A stretch of 64,000 nucleotides of DNA from Parachlamydiales bacterium (lineage in GTDB: Bacteria; Chlamydiota; Chlamydiia; Chlamydiales; Parachlamydiaceae). The stretch covers positions 1 to 64,000 of the forward strand of contig JAGVJP010000120.1 in the NCBI GenBank assembly GCA_020051075.1. The letters run 5' to 3'. Under the pieces are notes generated by a model. It searched no databases. It had not been told where the DNA came from and saw only the letters and a program-made list of their open reading frames with translations. Of this stretch, positions 51,389-60,965 are shown in pieces; the first letter of the stretch is position 1; the number at the start of each line of letters is the position of its first letter. A program made the position numbers and the translations under genes.

Positions 51389-52957
51389 ATGGAGTTTCTT
51401 CAATATTACAGCTTAAGTAAGCGACACAACGCTGATGCCCTTGTCATCCCTTTTTGGAAGGGGGATAAAGGCGCTGAGGCTGCGACCTCTATAGATAAAG
51501 CGCTCAAACGTGTGGTTGCTTCTCCTCTATCGTCAGGTGATTTTAAAGGAAAAGAAGGGGAAACTCTGCTGATCTACGCAGATGAGGGCTTTGAAAAACG
51601 GCTGATTTTGTTAGGGCTGGGAGTCCAAGAGAAAGTTTCTGTGGAGGTGATCCGACGGGCCTATGGGAGTCTAACCAAGACAGCTTTGCAGAAGAAGCTC
51701 TCTGATTTAAACGTTGTTCTTCCAGATTGCAAAGCGCTTGCGGGAGCAGACCTTTTCAGAGGAGTTTCTGAAGGACTGCTCCTTCCTAATTATCTCTACA
51801 AAAAATTCAAACATCAACAACCAGATGAAGAAAATGGCCAGACCCTCGTCCGAAAAGTAGCGTTGATCGGAGAAGATCCTTCTGCTTTAGAAGCAGCTCA
51901 AAAAGCAGCAGCGATTGTTGATGGAGTCTATTATGCCAGAGATTTAGTTAATGGCAATGCTGATGAAATCACTCCCCAGCATCTCGTTCAATGTGCGAAT
52001 GGGCTATCGCTTGAACAGCCGTCGCTTAAAGTCACCGCCCTCAACAAAAAAGAGATTGAAAAAGCGAAGCTCGGCCTTCTGTTGGCAGTGAATCGTGGAT
52101 CGGCTCTCGATCCAGCGTTAATTATCATTGAATATAAGGGGAACCCTAAGTCAGACGACCGGACGGTCATTGTAGGAAAAGGGGTGACTTATGATACTGG
52201 AGGGTTGAATTTGAAGCCCACCGGGTCAATGGAAACAATGAAATGCGATATGGCTGGCGCTGCAGCTTGCATTGGTACCATGTTGGCAATGAGTCACCTG
52301 AAGCTTAAGGTCAATGTCATTGCTGTGATTCCTTCGACGGAGAACGGGATTGATGCAAAGAGTTTTAAACCCGGCGACGTCTACACAAGCTTTTTAGGAA
52401 AGACTGTTGAAGTGATGAATACCGATGCCGAAGGGAGGCTCATTTTAGCTGATGGTTTGGCCTACGCAATCAAGAAGCTGAATCCTTCCCGCATCCTTGA
52501 TATTGCCACTTTGACAGGTGCCATAGACATTGCTTTAGGTTCTGAAGCGACGGGTTTAATGAGCACAGACGATGATTTGGCGCAAGCTTTGGTTAACGCT
52601 GGCGCAGCCACTTCAGAGCGGTTGTGGCGGATGCCATTGTTTGAAGAGTATTCAGAAAGACTTAAATCTGATATCGCCGATCTTAAGAATTGGAATGGCC
52701 GCCCAGGCGGTGCCAATGTTGCAGCAGCATTTTTAAAAGAATTTGTCGATTCTTCCGTTCCTTGGGCTCATCTTGATATTGCTTCTACAGCCTATCTATC
52801 TGAGCCGAAAAAGTATTTGCCAAAATATGCGACTGGTGTTGGAGTCCGTCTTCTCATCGAGTTCTTTGAACAGCTTGAAAAGCGGGTAAGGGACAAGGGA
52901 CCAAAGGGACCTAAAAAGGGACAAAACAGGATAAGCAAAAGGGACAAAACAGGATAG
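51389..52957 (+). CDS. pepA: Leucyl aminopeptidase (M17)
   Basis: GKGVTYDTGG, MKCDMAG, NTDAEGRL, WAHLDIA. Confidence 0.96.
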   Translation: MEFLQYYSLSKRHNADALVIPFWKGDKGAEAATSIDKALKRVVASPLSSGDFKGKEGETLLIYADEGFEKRLILLGLGVQEKVSVEVIRRAYGSLTKTALQKKLSDLNVVLPDCKALAGADLFRGVSEGLLLPNYLYKKFKHQQPDEENGQTLVRKVALIGEDPSALEAAQKAAAIVDGVYYARDLVNGNADEITPQHLVQCANGLSLEQPSLKVTALNKKEIEKAKLGLLLAVNRGSALDPALIIIEYKGNPKSDDRTVIVGKGVTYDTGGLNLKPTGSMETMKCDMAGAAACIGTMLAMSHLKLKVNVIAVIPSTENGIDAKSFKPGDVYTSFLGKTVEVMNTDAEGRLILADGLAYAIKKLNPSRILDIATLTGAIDIALGSEATGLMSTDDDLAQALVNAGAATSERLWRMPLFEEYSERLKSDIADLKNWNGRPGGANVAAAFLKEFVDSSVPWAHLDIASTAYLSEPKKYLPKYATGVGVRLLIEFFEQLEKRVRDKGPKGPKKGQNRISKRDKTG

Positions 52958-53101
52958 GCAGGATCGCAAGCGGCAGGATAAGCAGGATAGGGAAGATAAA
53001 TTGGATGTTTTTTTTCTCTTAATTTTGCCTGAATTTTTTATCTTCCCGATCCTGCTTATCCTGCCGCTTGCGATCCTGCCTATCCTGTTGTGTCCCTTTT
53101 G
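52889..53101. repeat. Inverted GGGAC/CAGGATA-type element overlapping the pepA 3' end
   Basis: Cores at 52958-52980 (+) and 53057-53079 (-). Confidence 0.92.
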
Positions 53102-53121
53102 ACTATCATTGAGGGGAAGTT

Positions 53122-54207
53122 ATGGATAATCGGAATGAGATGACCGGGGCAACTCTTTTTTTTCGGGATAAGATTTCTGTTGCCATCCTTGGTGCGACGG
53201 GCTGTGTCGGGCAGAAATTTGTTCAGATGCTCAGTTCGCATCCTTGGTTCGATATCAAAGCCTTATGCGCTTCAGAGCGATCTGTTGGGAAACAGTATGG
53301 AGATGCTGTGCAATGGCGCCATTCCACTCCTCTTCCAGAAGAGATTGCTCGGCTTGTTGTGCAGCCCTGCCAGCCTGTGCTTCCCTGCTCCGTGGTTTTT
53401 TCCGGACTAGATTCCCACGTGGCAGGGGGGATAGAAACGACTTTCGCAGAGCAGGGGAGCCTTGTCATCTCAAACGCCTCTAACCATCGTATGGATCCTT
53501 ATGTCCCACTTGTTGTGGGCGAGGTCAATCCCGATCATTTTGCTTTGATGGACAGGCAGCCTTTTTCTTCTGGCAGAATAGTGACAAACCCGAACTGTTC
53601 AGTGACGGGGTTAGTATTGGCCCTGAAGCCATTGCAGGAGAGATTTGGTTTGCAAGCTGTTCAGGTGACTACTTTACAGTCTCTTTCTGGCGCTGGCTAT
53701 CCAGGTGTGGCAAGCTTGGATGTCTGTGATAATGTGATACCCTATATTGAAGGGGAAGAGGCTAAGATCGAACGGGAACCACTGAAGATTTTAGGCTCGT
53801 TTAGAGAAGAAGGGATTGAAAATGCTGATATTGCGATAAGTGCTCAATGTAACCGGGTTGCCGTGTCTGAAGGGCATCTTGCTTGCGTCTCTGTTAAATT
53901 CCACACAAAGCCATCGATAGAAGAACTGATTGAGGCTTGGGTAACCTTCAGAGGAGAGCCTCAAGAGCTGCAGCTGCCGACAGCCCCTTTTCAACCTATC
54001 CACTATTTCGAACAGCCCTATTATCCACAGCCAAGGCTGCACCGCTCATTAGATAAGGGAATGGCAGTGAGCATCGGACATTTACGCCGCTGCAAGGTGA
54101 TGGATTATAAGTTTACCTTACTTTCTCATAATACTGTGAGGGGCGCTGTGGGAGCTGCGCTGCTTAATGCAGAACTTCTATTAGCTAGAGGGAAAATATT
54201 TTGGTAA
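53122..54207 (+). CDS. asd: Aspartate-semialdehyde dehydrogenase
   Basis: LGATGCVGQ, SNAS, NPNCS, QSLSGAGYPG, HNTVRGA. Confidence 0.95.
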   Translation: MDNRNEMTGATLFFRDKISVAILGATGCVGQKFVQMLSSHPWFDIKALCASERSVGKQYGDAVQWRHSTPLPEEIARLVVQPCQPVLPCSVVFSGLDSHVAGGIETTFAEQGSLVISNASNHRMDPYVPLVVGEVNPDHFALMDRQPFSSGRIVTNPNCSVTGLVLALKPLQERFGLQAVQVTTLQSLSGAGYPGVASLDVCDNVIPYIEGEEAKIEREPLKILGSFREEGIENADIAISAQCNRVAVSEGHLACVSVKFHTKPSIEELIEAWVTFRGEPQELQLPTAPFQPIHYFEQPYYPQPRLHRSLDKGMAVSIGHLRRCKVMDYKFTLLSHNTVRGAVGAALLNAELLLARGKIFW

Positions 54208-54244
54208 CTATTCACATCCCCCCATTAACTGTACTAGGACGTCT

Positions 54245-54306
54245 CTTTTGCTTATCCTGTTATATTCGCTCCTTTGCGTCTCCGTGCCTTTGCTTCTTTG
54301 CGTTAA
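54245..54306 (-). repeat. CGCAAAG-type periodic element
   Basis: 35/36 identity with 50-85. Confidence 0.85.
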
Positions 54307-54419
54307 AAAGGGGTGGATACTTGAATAGTTGCATATTTTGGTAATTCAGTGGTGAGAATGGGGAAAGGTATGCTATCATTTTCCCCTTATCAACCATTGA
54401 TCAAGATGGGGAGAATATC

Positions 54420-55424
54420 ATGCCGCTGCCCTGTATTCGAGATTGGACCACTGCAGAAATTCAAGAAATTTATCAATCCCCTTTATTAGAACTGATTCAT
54501 CGAGCTGGCGTCGTTCATCGCGAGCACTTTAACCCTGCTGAAGTGCAGCTATGCCACCTGATTTCAATCAAAACTGGAGGGTGTCCCGAAGATTGCAGAT
54601 ATTGCGCACAATCTTCACGTTATCAGACTTCTGTCGATGCACAACCTATGATGCAGGTAGAAGAAGTGTTGAATCTAGCTCAGGAGGCAGCCAAACAGGG
54701 AGCTTCTCGCATTTGTCTAGGTGCAGCATGGAGAGAGGTGAGAGATAGTCCTCAATTTGATCGTGTGTTAGAGATGATTAAATCGATCACTGCCATGGGT
54801 GTCGAAGTGTGCTGTTGTTTAGGCATGTTGAATCCTCGCCAAGCAGATAAATTAGCTGAGGCCGGTTTGTATGCTTATAATCACAATTTGGACACCTCGC
54901 CGGAATATTATCCAACCATTATAACCAGCCGAACCTACGCAGACCGTTTAAAAACACTCGATGCCGTCGAAAATTCAGGCATAAGTGTTTGCTGCGGAGG
55001 TATCATCGGCATGGGTGAGAGTATTGAAGATAGAGTACGGCTGTTGCAGGTGTTGGCAAATCGAAAGAAACATCCAGAGTCTGTACCGATCAATCTGCTG
55101 ATTGCAATTCCAGGAACCCCTCTTCAAGACCAGGCTCCTATTTCTGTCTGGGAATTCATCAGAATGATTGCGACAACACGCATTGTTTTACCTGCAAGTA
55201 TGGTGAGATTATCTGCAGGGCGTCTTCATTTGACTTTGGAACAACAAGCGTTATGTTTTTTGGCTGGAGCTAATTCCATTTTTTATGGAGAGAAGCTGCT
55301 GACAGTAGAGAACTCCGACATAGATGCAGACCAGTATATGCTAGAATTATTTGGATTAAAACCGCGCCCCCCGTTTATAAAACCATCTGGACAGATAGAT
55401 ACATGCACCTCAATGACTTCATGA
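54420..55424 (+). CDS. bioB: Biotin synthase
   Basis: [29 protein letters not shown]. Confidence 0.98.
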   Translation: MPLPCIRDWTTAEIQEIYQSPLLELIHRAGVVHREHFNPAEVQLCHLISIKTGGCPEDCRYCAQSSRYQTSVDAQPMMQVEEVLNLAQEAAKQGASRICLGAAWREVRDSPQFDRVLEMIKSITAMGVEVCCCLGMLNPRQADKLAEAGLYAYNHNLDTSPEYYPTIITSRTYADRLKTLDAVENSGISVCCGGIIGMGESIEDRVRLLQVLANRKKHPESVPINLLIAIPGTPLQDQAPISVWEFIRMIATTRIVLPASMVRLSAGRLHLTLEQQALCFLAGANSIFYGEKLLTVENSDIDADQYMLELFGLKPRPPFIKPSGQIDTCTSMTS

Positions 55425-56545
55425 CAAAGCGTTTATCAGAAAGGGAGCTTAGAGGGAATCTCCGTCATTTACGGACGAGGGAAGGTTGTATCGATTTCAC
55501 ATCAAATGATTACTTAGGACTGGCTCGAAGCGGCCAGCTGCACAGTGCGATAACAGAAAAAATTACTGCCCTTCAAACGTGCGTCCATGGTTCAACCGGT
55601 TCTCGCCTTCTTACAGGGCACTCGGTGTTGTTTGAACAAGTGGAGAAGAAAATCGCTCATTTTCATCGCTCTGAAGGGGCTTTGCTGTATAACTCTGGAT
55701 ATACTGCTAGCATAGGGCTCCTTGATGCACTGTTACAGCCCGGCGATTGCGTCGTCCATGACGTTCATATCCATGCCTCTTTTCAAGATGGGATTCGGTT
55801 ATCTAAAGCAAGAAAAATCCCTTTTAGGCATAATGACACACAACATCTTGAGAACCGGCTTAAAACGTTAGATCGAGAGCAAAGAGTTTTTGTTTGCGTG
55901 GAATCAGTCTACTCTCTGGACGGGTCAATCGCTCCACTAGAAGCAATTCTTAAGTTATGCTTAAAGCATCAAGCTCAGCTGGTTGTCGATGAAGCTCATG
56001 CCATTGGAATACTAGGAACGCATGGAGAAGGGTTGGTGTCTCAATTAAATTTAGAGTCTCTTGTGTGTGCCAGAGTATGCACTTATGGAAAAGCCTTTGG
56101 TGTCCATGGAGCGGCTATTGTTGGCAGTAATCTTCTCAGGAAATATTTAATTAATTTCTCCAGACCGTTCTGCTATACAACTGCCATGCCGATTCATAAT
56201 GTCATTGCCATCGATTGTGCCTATGACATCATCACAAATGCAGAAGTTGAACGAGAGCGCTTGATCTCCCTCATTGCCTATTTCCATGCTTTAGTAGAAG
56301 GCAGCAACATTCCAGTTGTTAAGAGTTCTACGCCAATTCAAGGGGTTTTGATCCCAGGCAATGAAAGAGTCAAAGCCGTTTCGGTAAGGCTGGCAGCATC
56401 GGGCTTTGACGTCAGAGCAGTGATGAGTCCTACGGTTAAGCGTGGCAGTGAAATATTACGTTTATGTCTTCACTCGTTCAATCGACCTGAAGATGTCGAA
56501 CGGCTGGTTCGTGAGATCGAAAGGGCTATCAAAGAGGTTTCATGA
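55403..56545 (+). CDS. bioF: 8-amino-7-oxononanoate synthase
   Basis: SNDYLGL, GSRLLTG, VDEAH, TYGKA. Confidence 0.93.
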   Translation: MHLNDFMTKRLSERELRGNLRHLRTREGCIDFTSNDYLGLARSGQLHSAITEKITALQTCVHGSTGSRLLTGHSVLFEQVEKKIAHFHRSEGALLYNSGYTASIGLLDALLQPGDCVVHDVHIHASFQDGIRLSKARKIPFRHNDTQHLENRLKTLDREQRVFVCVESVYSLDGSIAPLEAILKLCLKHQAQLVVDEAHAIGILGTHGEGLVSQLNLESLVCARVCTYGKAFGVHGAAIVGSNLLRKYLINFSRPFCYTTAMPIHNVIAIDCAYDIITNAEVERERLISLIAYFHALVEGSNIPVVKSSTPIQGVLIPGNERVKAVSVRLAASGFDVRAVMSPTVKRGSEILRLCLHSFNRPEDVERLVREIERAIKEVS

Positions 56546-57164
56546 GATATATCGTCGCTGGAATTGGGACTGAAGTGGGGAAAACCGTTGTTTCCGCTAT
56601 CTTGACTCAAGCGTTAAACGCTGACTATTGGAAGCCGATCCAAGCAGGTTGTTGCGAAGCAACCGATTCAATGATTGTTCAGGATCTCATTCGACCCATA
56701 GATGTTGTCTGCCATCCTGAAGCTTATCAATTTCTAGAACCAGTTTCGCCTCATCTGGCGGCACAGTTAGAAGGGATAGAAATCAATCCGGAAAGCATTA
56801 GGCTGCCGCAAACAGAAAAACCGTTGGTGATCGAAATGGCGGGGGGCTCTTATCTCCTCTGAACGGCCATCAGACTCAATGTGAACTATTTTCAAAATGG
56901 GATTGCCAGTGGCTATTGGTCTCCAAACATTATTTAGGAAGCATTAATCACACTCTTTTATCGTTAGAGTATATGAAGCAAAAGAAACTTCCATTAATGG
57001 GGATTATTTTTAATGGTGATGCCAATCAATCTTCTGAACAATTCATTCTGGACTACGCTCAAGTTCCTTGTCTTGGGAGGCTTAGACAAGAGCAAACAAT
57101 CAATGCAGCGACGATCGCAAAGTATTCAAATGAGTGGAGGAAAACCTTTTTATGCAGAATCTAA
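56542..57164 (+). pseudogene. bioD: Dethiobiotin synthase, split by a one-base frameshift in a G6 run
   Basis: TEVGKT, WKPIQAG, SPHLAA, EMAGG; adding one G at 56841-56846 gives GGLLSPLN...YLGSINHTLLS. Confidence 0.9.
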
Positions 57165-58426
57165 GTGAAAGAGATAGAGCCATCATATGGCATCCGTTTA
57201 CACAGCATTTAACCGATCCTTGCCCTATTCCCATTGTGAAGGCTCAAGGGGCCTATTTGTTTTCTGAAGACGGGGAGAAATATATCGATGCCATTTCCTC
57301 CTGGTGGACAAATGTTCATGGCCATGCTCACCCGCATATTGTGGAGATGATCACCAAACAAGCTCAAACATTGGAACATGTTATGTTTGCAGATTTTACG
57401 CATGAACCTGCCATTCTATTAGCCGAACGTCTGCTACCTATTTTGCCGCGAGGGCTATCCCGTTTTTTTTATTCGGATAATGGTTCAACAGCTGTTGAAA
57501 TCGCTCTAAAAATTGCTTTCCAATACTCTTATAACAACTCTCCAGAAAAACCTAAACGAAAAATCATCGCTTTCAGGGGAGCTTACCATGGAGACACGTT
57601 TGGGGCAATGTCAGCAGCAGTCCGATCCACTCACAACCGCCCTTTTTGGCCTTTTCTCTTCGATGTCGACTTCATCGACCCTCCTTATCATGGAAAAGAA
57701 GATGTCTCTTTGAAACAGCTTGAGGAGCTAATAGGCAAAGATGATACCGCATGCTTTATCTTTGAACCCCTCGTTCAAGGATTCAGCGGTATGGTTATGC
57801 ACAGTGCATCGGGGTTGAGTCAACTCATGAAAAAATGTCGCGACCACCACATTTTGCTTATTGCAGATGAGGTGATGACAGGATTTGGACGGACAGGTCC
57901 ATTGTTTGCCTCCGATCAGCTGAGCGAGCCACCAGATATGATCTGTTTGTCAAAGAGTTTGACTGGAGGAGCGCTTCCTCTTGCTTTGACAGTATGCACA
58001 GAAGAGCTTTATGAAGGTTTTCTCTCAGAAGAGAGGAGCCGCGCCTTCTTGTGGGGACACACTTATACTGGCAACCCTCTTGGCTGTGCAGCAGCTCTAG
58101 CGAGTTTAGATCTATTACTCACTCCTCAATGCCACAGACAGCGTGTGACGATTGAAGCAGCTCATCAATCATTTAAACAGCGGTGGGGATCTCAGTGGAA
58201 ACGTTGCGACGTGTTGGGAACGATATTGGCATTGGAATATTTTGATCCTTCCGATACCCGCTATTTCAGTAAAATGCGGGATCGTTTAAGCCGTCATTTC
58301 TTGAATCATCGCATTGTTATTCGTCCATTTGGCAATGTTGTCCATGTGATGCCTCCTTATTGTATTGAGGAAGATGATTTGAACGCTGTTTATCAAAGTT
58401 TATTAGAGAGTTTAACCTGCTTATGA
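57152..58426 (+). CDS. bioA: DAPA aminotransferase
   Basis: WHPFTQ, SSWW, DNGSTAVE, YHGDTFG, DEVMTGFGRTG. Confidence 0.96.
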   Translation: MQNLSERDRAIIWHPFTQHLTDPCPIPIVKAQGAYLFSEDGEKYIDAISSWWTNVHGHAHPHIVEMITKQAQTLEHVMFADFTHEPAILLAERLLPILPRGLSRFFYSDNGSTAVEIALKIAFQYSYNNSPEKPKRKIIAFRGAYHGDTFGAMSAAVRSTHNRPFWPFLFDVDFIDPPYHGKEDVSLKQLEELIGKDDTACFIFEPLVQGFSGMVMHSASGLSQLMKKCRDHHILLIADEVMTGFGRTGPLFASDQLSEPPDMICLSKSLTGGALPLALTVCTEELYEGFLSEERSRAFLWGHTYTGNPLGCAAALASLDLLLTPQCHRQRVTIEAAHQSFKQRWGSQWKRCDVLGTILALEYFDPSDTRYFSKMRDRLSRHFLNHRIVIRPFGNVVHVMPPYCIEEDDLNAVYQSLLESLTCL

Positions 58427-59070
58427 TCGAGCAACCTTGCGTTTCGTTAGAAGATGAGTGGAAAGAGATATTATCACAAGTCGTCGGTGATCCATTGACT
58501 CATGCAAAGTGGTTAAATACCCTTTCCTACCTGGAAAATTGTGGAGCAAGAAAGATTGCAGCCTGCGAGCACCCGACTAAAGTCAAGACTGAGATGCTCA
58601 AACACGCTGCCGAAGAGTTTCGTCATGCCTATTATCTCAAAAGTCAAATTAAAAAAGTGATCGACCAAGAGCTCGAAGATTATTCTCTAGCAACAATGCT
58701 AGGAGGGGTTTCCGCTCTGCATTACCTCCAGGCGCTTGATGTCTTGACTTGTCAACATCTGAAGAGAGAGGAACAGATGTCACCGCTGCAGATTAGAGAG
58801 GCTGCTTATATTCTCGTGACTTATGCTGTTGAACTGCGGGCGTCTGAACTGTATCCTCTCTATCACGAGATCCTCAAGGCAGCCAAATGCAAGGTCGCTG
58901 TCAAATCGATTCTTTTAGAAGAAGAGGAGCATCTCGCAGAGATGAAAAGAGAGTTAGACGGCATTCCAGGAGGTGATTCCTTGATCAAAGTTGTCTGCAG
59001 CATCGAAAGCCAATTATGCAAGACGTTGATTCACTCTCTGAGAGCATCAATATCCACAAACACAGGATAA
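58423..59070 (+). CDS. Ferritin-like diiron protein in the biotin operon (BioE-like)
   Basis: WLNTLSYLE, HAAEEFRH, YAVELRA, EEEEHL; ATGA overlap with bioA. Confidence 0.75.
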   Translation: MIEQPCVSLEDEWKEILSQVVGDPLTHAKWLNTLSYLENCGARKIAACEHPTKVKTEMLKHAAEEFRHAYYLKSQIKKVIDQELEDYSLATMLGGVSALHYLQALDVLTCQHLKREEQMSPLQIREAAYILVTYAVELRASELYPLYHEILKAAKCKVAVKSILLEEEEHLAEMKRELDGIPGGDSLIKVVCSIESQLCKTLIHSLRASISTNTG

Positions 59071-59250
59071 GTAGCAAAAACAGGATAGGCAGGATCGCAA
59101 GCGGCAGGATAAACAGGATAGGAAAGATAATGATGATAAGATGAGATAGGTTTGTCTCTATATTTTTTTAAGCCGTTTGCTTAAATTTTCCTATCATCAT
59201 GCTTATCCTGCCGCTTGCGATCCTGTCTATCCTGTTTGTCCCTTTTGTCT
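59062..59250. repeat. Inverted CAGGATA-type element between convergent genes
   Basis: Cores at 59089-59111 (+) and 59204-59225 (-). Confidence 0.92.
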
Positions 59251-59294
59251 ATTCTGTATTATTGTCCTGGAAAGTTGGAATGTCGGCAATGTTT

Positions 59295-60434
59295 CTAGAC
59301 ATGCTGAGCTTGTTGGCGAGCCAATGTGTCGACTTCTAGGATGGCCTCTAGAGAAAGAGTCTGGCTGCATTGGTGGTTCATCATGAGTGTTTCTAGCTTC
59401 TCGCTGATGCCAACCCAAGAGATCTCCTTCTTCAAAAAACGGTGGACTAACACTTCATTGGCAGCATTCATGTAGCAGGGGAGCGTTCCTCCTGTTCGCA
59501 ATGCCTCATAGGCAAGGTCTAAGCAACGAAACTTAGAGATGTCTGGTTGATAGAAATCCAAACGGGTATTGTTGATAAAATCATAAGGTTTTAGAGGGCC
59601 TCTGCACCGTTCAGGATAGGTCATGGCATATTGGATGGGGATAACCATATCAGGCTCGCACATTTGCGCAAGGATGGAGCCGTCAACAAATTCTACCATG
59701 CCATGAATTTTTTGCTGCGGATGGACTAAGACTTCAACTTGTTCTAATGCCAATCCAAATAGCCAATAGGCTTCGATGACTTCCAATCCTTTATTCATCA
59801 TTGTTGAAGAATCGATGGTGATTTTTGCTCCCATTGTAAAATTGGGGTGCTTCAGAGCATCTTCTACGGTGATTTGACTTAACCGCTCAGCCTTCCACTC
59901 TCGAAATGGTCCTCCAGAACTCGTTAAAATAATTCTTCGGACGGAGGATTGCTCTTCTTGGTCGAGACACTGAAAAATCGCATTATGCTCGCTGTCGACA
60001 GGAATAATAAAGACCCCAAGTTGCTTTGCTAGAGGGATAACAACCCCTCCTGCAGCCACTAGGACTTCTTTATTCGCCAAAGCAATTGTTTTTTTTGCTT
60101 TAATTGCTTCAATGGTTGGGATCAGACCGATAGAACCGACAATGGCTGCAACTACAGTCTCAGCTTCATGATAAGTTGCTACTTCGCAGATCCCCTCTAT
60201 CCCCCCGACGACACGGATGTTCGGCACTCTTTTCTGCAAGCGTAAAGCTTGTTCTTTGTCATAGACAGCAATCAGTTTTGGGCAATGTTCTAAGGCTTGT
60301 TCTTCGAGAAGATCGATGTTCTGATTTGCAGCTAATGCCACAACTTCTACTTTTTCTTTAATGTTTGCAGCGATTTTTAAGACATTTTTACCGATCGAAC
60401 CTGTACTTCCAAGGACAGAAATTTTTTTCCGCAT
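59295..60434 (-). CDS. dxr: 1-deoxy-D-xylulose 5-phosphate reductoisomerase
   Basis: LGSTGSIG, LANKE, PVDSEH, NKGLEVIEA, NAANE. Confidence 0.97.
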   Translation of the reverse strand: MRKKISVLGSTGSIGKNVLKIAANIKEKVEVVALAANQNIDLLEEQALEHCPKLIAVYDKEQALRLQKRVPNIRVVGGIEGICEVATYHEAETVVAAIVGSIGLIPTIEAIKAKKTIALANKEVLVAAGGVVIPLAKQLGVFIIPVDSEHNAIFQCLDQEEQSSVRRIILTSSGGPFREWKAERLSQITVEDALKHPNFTMGAKITIDSSTMMNKGLEVIEAYWLFGLALEQVEVLVHPQQKIHGMVEFVDGSILAQMCEPDMVIPIQYAMTYPERCRGPLKPYDFINNTRLDFYQPDISKFRCLDLAYEALRTGGTLPCYMNAANEVLVHRFLKKEISWVGISEKLETLMMNHQCSQTLSLEAILEVDTLARQQAQHV

Positions 60435-60446
60435 GCTTAACCTTTC

Positions 60447-60965
60447 TTATTGTTGTTCCATTGCTGCTTTCATTAGATCTGTGATCTCTTTTATTTCAGC
60501 CGGTGTTATTGGATTTTTGAAATTGGCAACGTACATTTTGAACATGAATTTAAGTGTGGAATCATCCCCTAAATGTCGAGGAATATAATGAAAATGAAGA
60601 TGAGGGACTGTTTGTCCCACCTCAAGTCCGTTTTTCTGAAGGAGGAGGTATGAAGCTGTGCCAAAGACTGTTTCAGCTGCCTGATTGACCTTTTTGATAG
60701 TATTCCCGATATGGATCATTTCATCCTCTGATAGCATCTCAAAGCGTTCAACATGTCTTTTAGGGATAATGAGGCTGTGTCCTGGGAAAACGGGCTTGTG
60801 CGTATAAAGGGCGATGACGAGCTCATCTTCATAAAACTTCTGGAGATTGAGTTGATGGCCGTCACAAAATGGGCAAGGCCCATCCATTGATTTTGTTAAG
60901 GGAAATAAGGTTATTCCTATTACAACGGCCAGCAGTAAAATGAAGCAAACTAATTTTTTTGACAT
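60447..60965 (-). CDS. HIT family hydrolase with N-terminal hydrophobic anchor
   Basis: CPFC, PGHSLIIPKRH, GQTVPHLHFH. Confidence 0.9.
   Translation of the reverse strand: MSKKLVCFILLLAVVIGITLFPLTKSMDGPCPFCDGHQLNLQKFYEDELVIALYTHKPVFPGHSLIIPKRHVERFEMLSEDEMIHIGNTIKKVNQAAETVFGTASYLLLQKNGLEVGQTVPHLHFHYIPRHLGDDSTLKFMFKMYVANFKNPITPAEIKEITDLMKAAMEQQ

Noticed and set aside
31921..59250. CAGGATA arrays as a CRISPR array
   Set aside because: No regular repeat-spacer alternation with unique ~30-nt spacers; copies are dispersed and inverted; no cas genes
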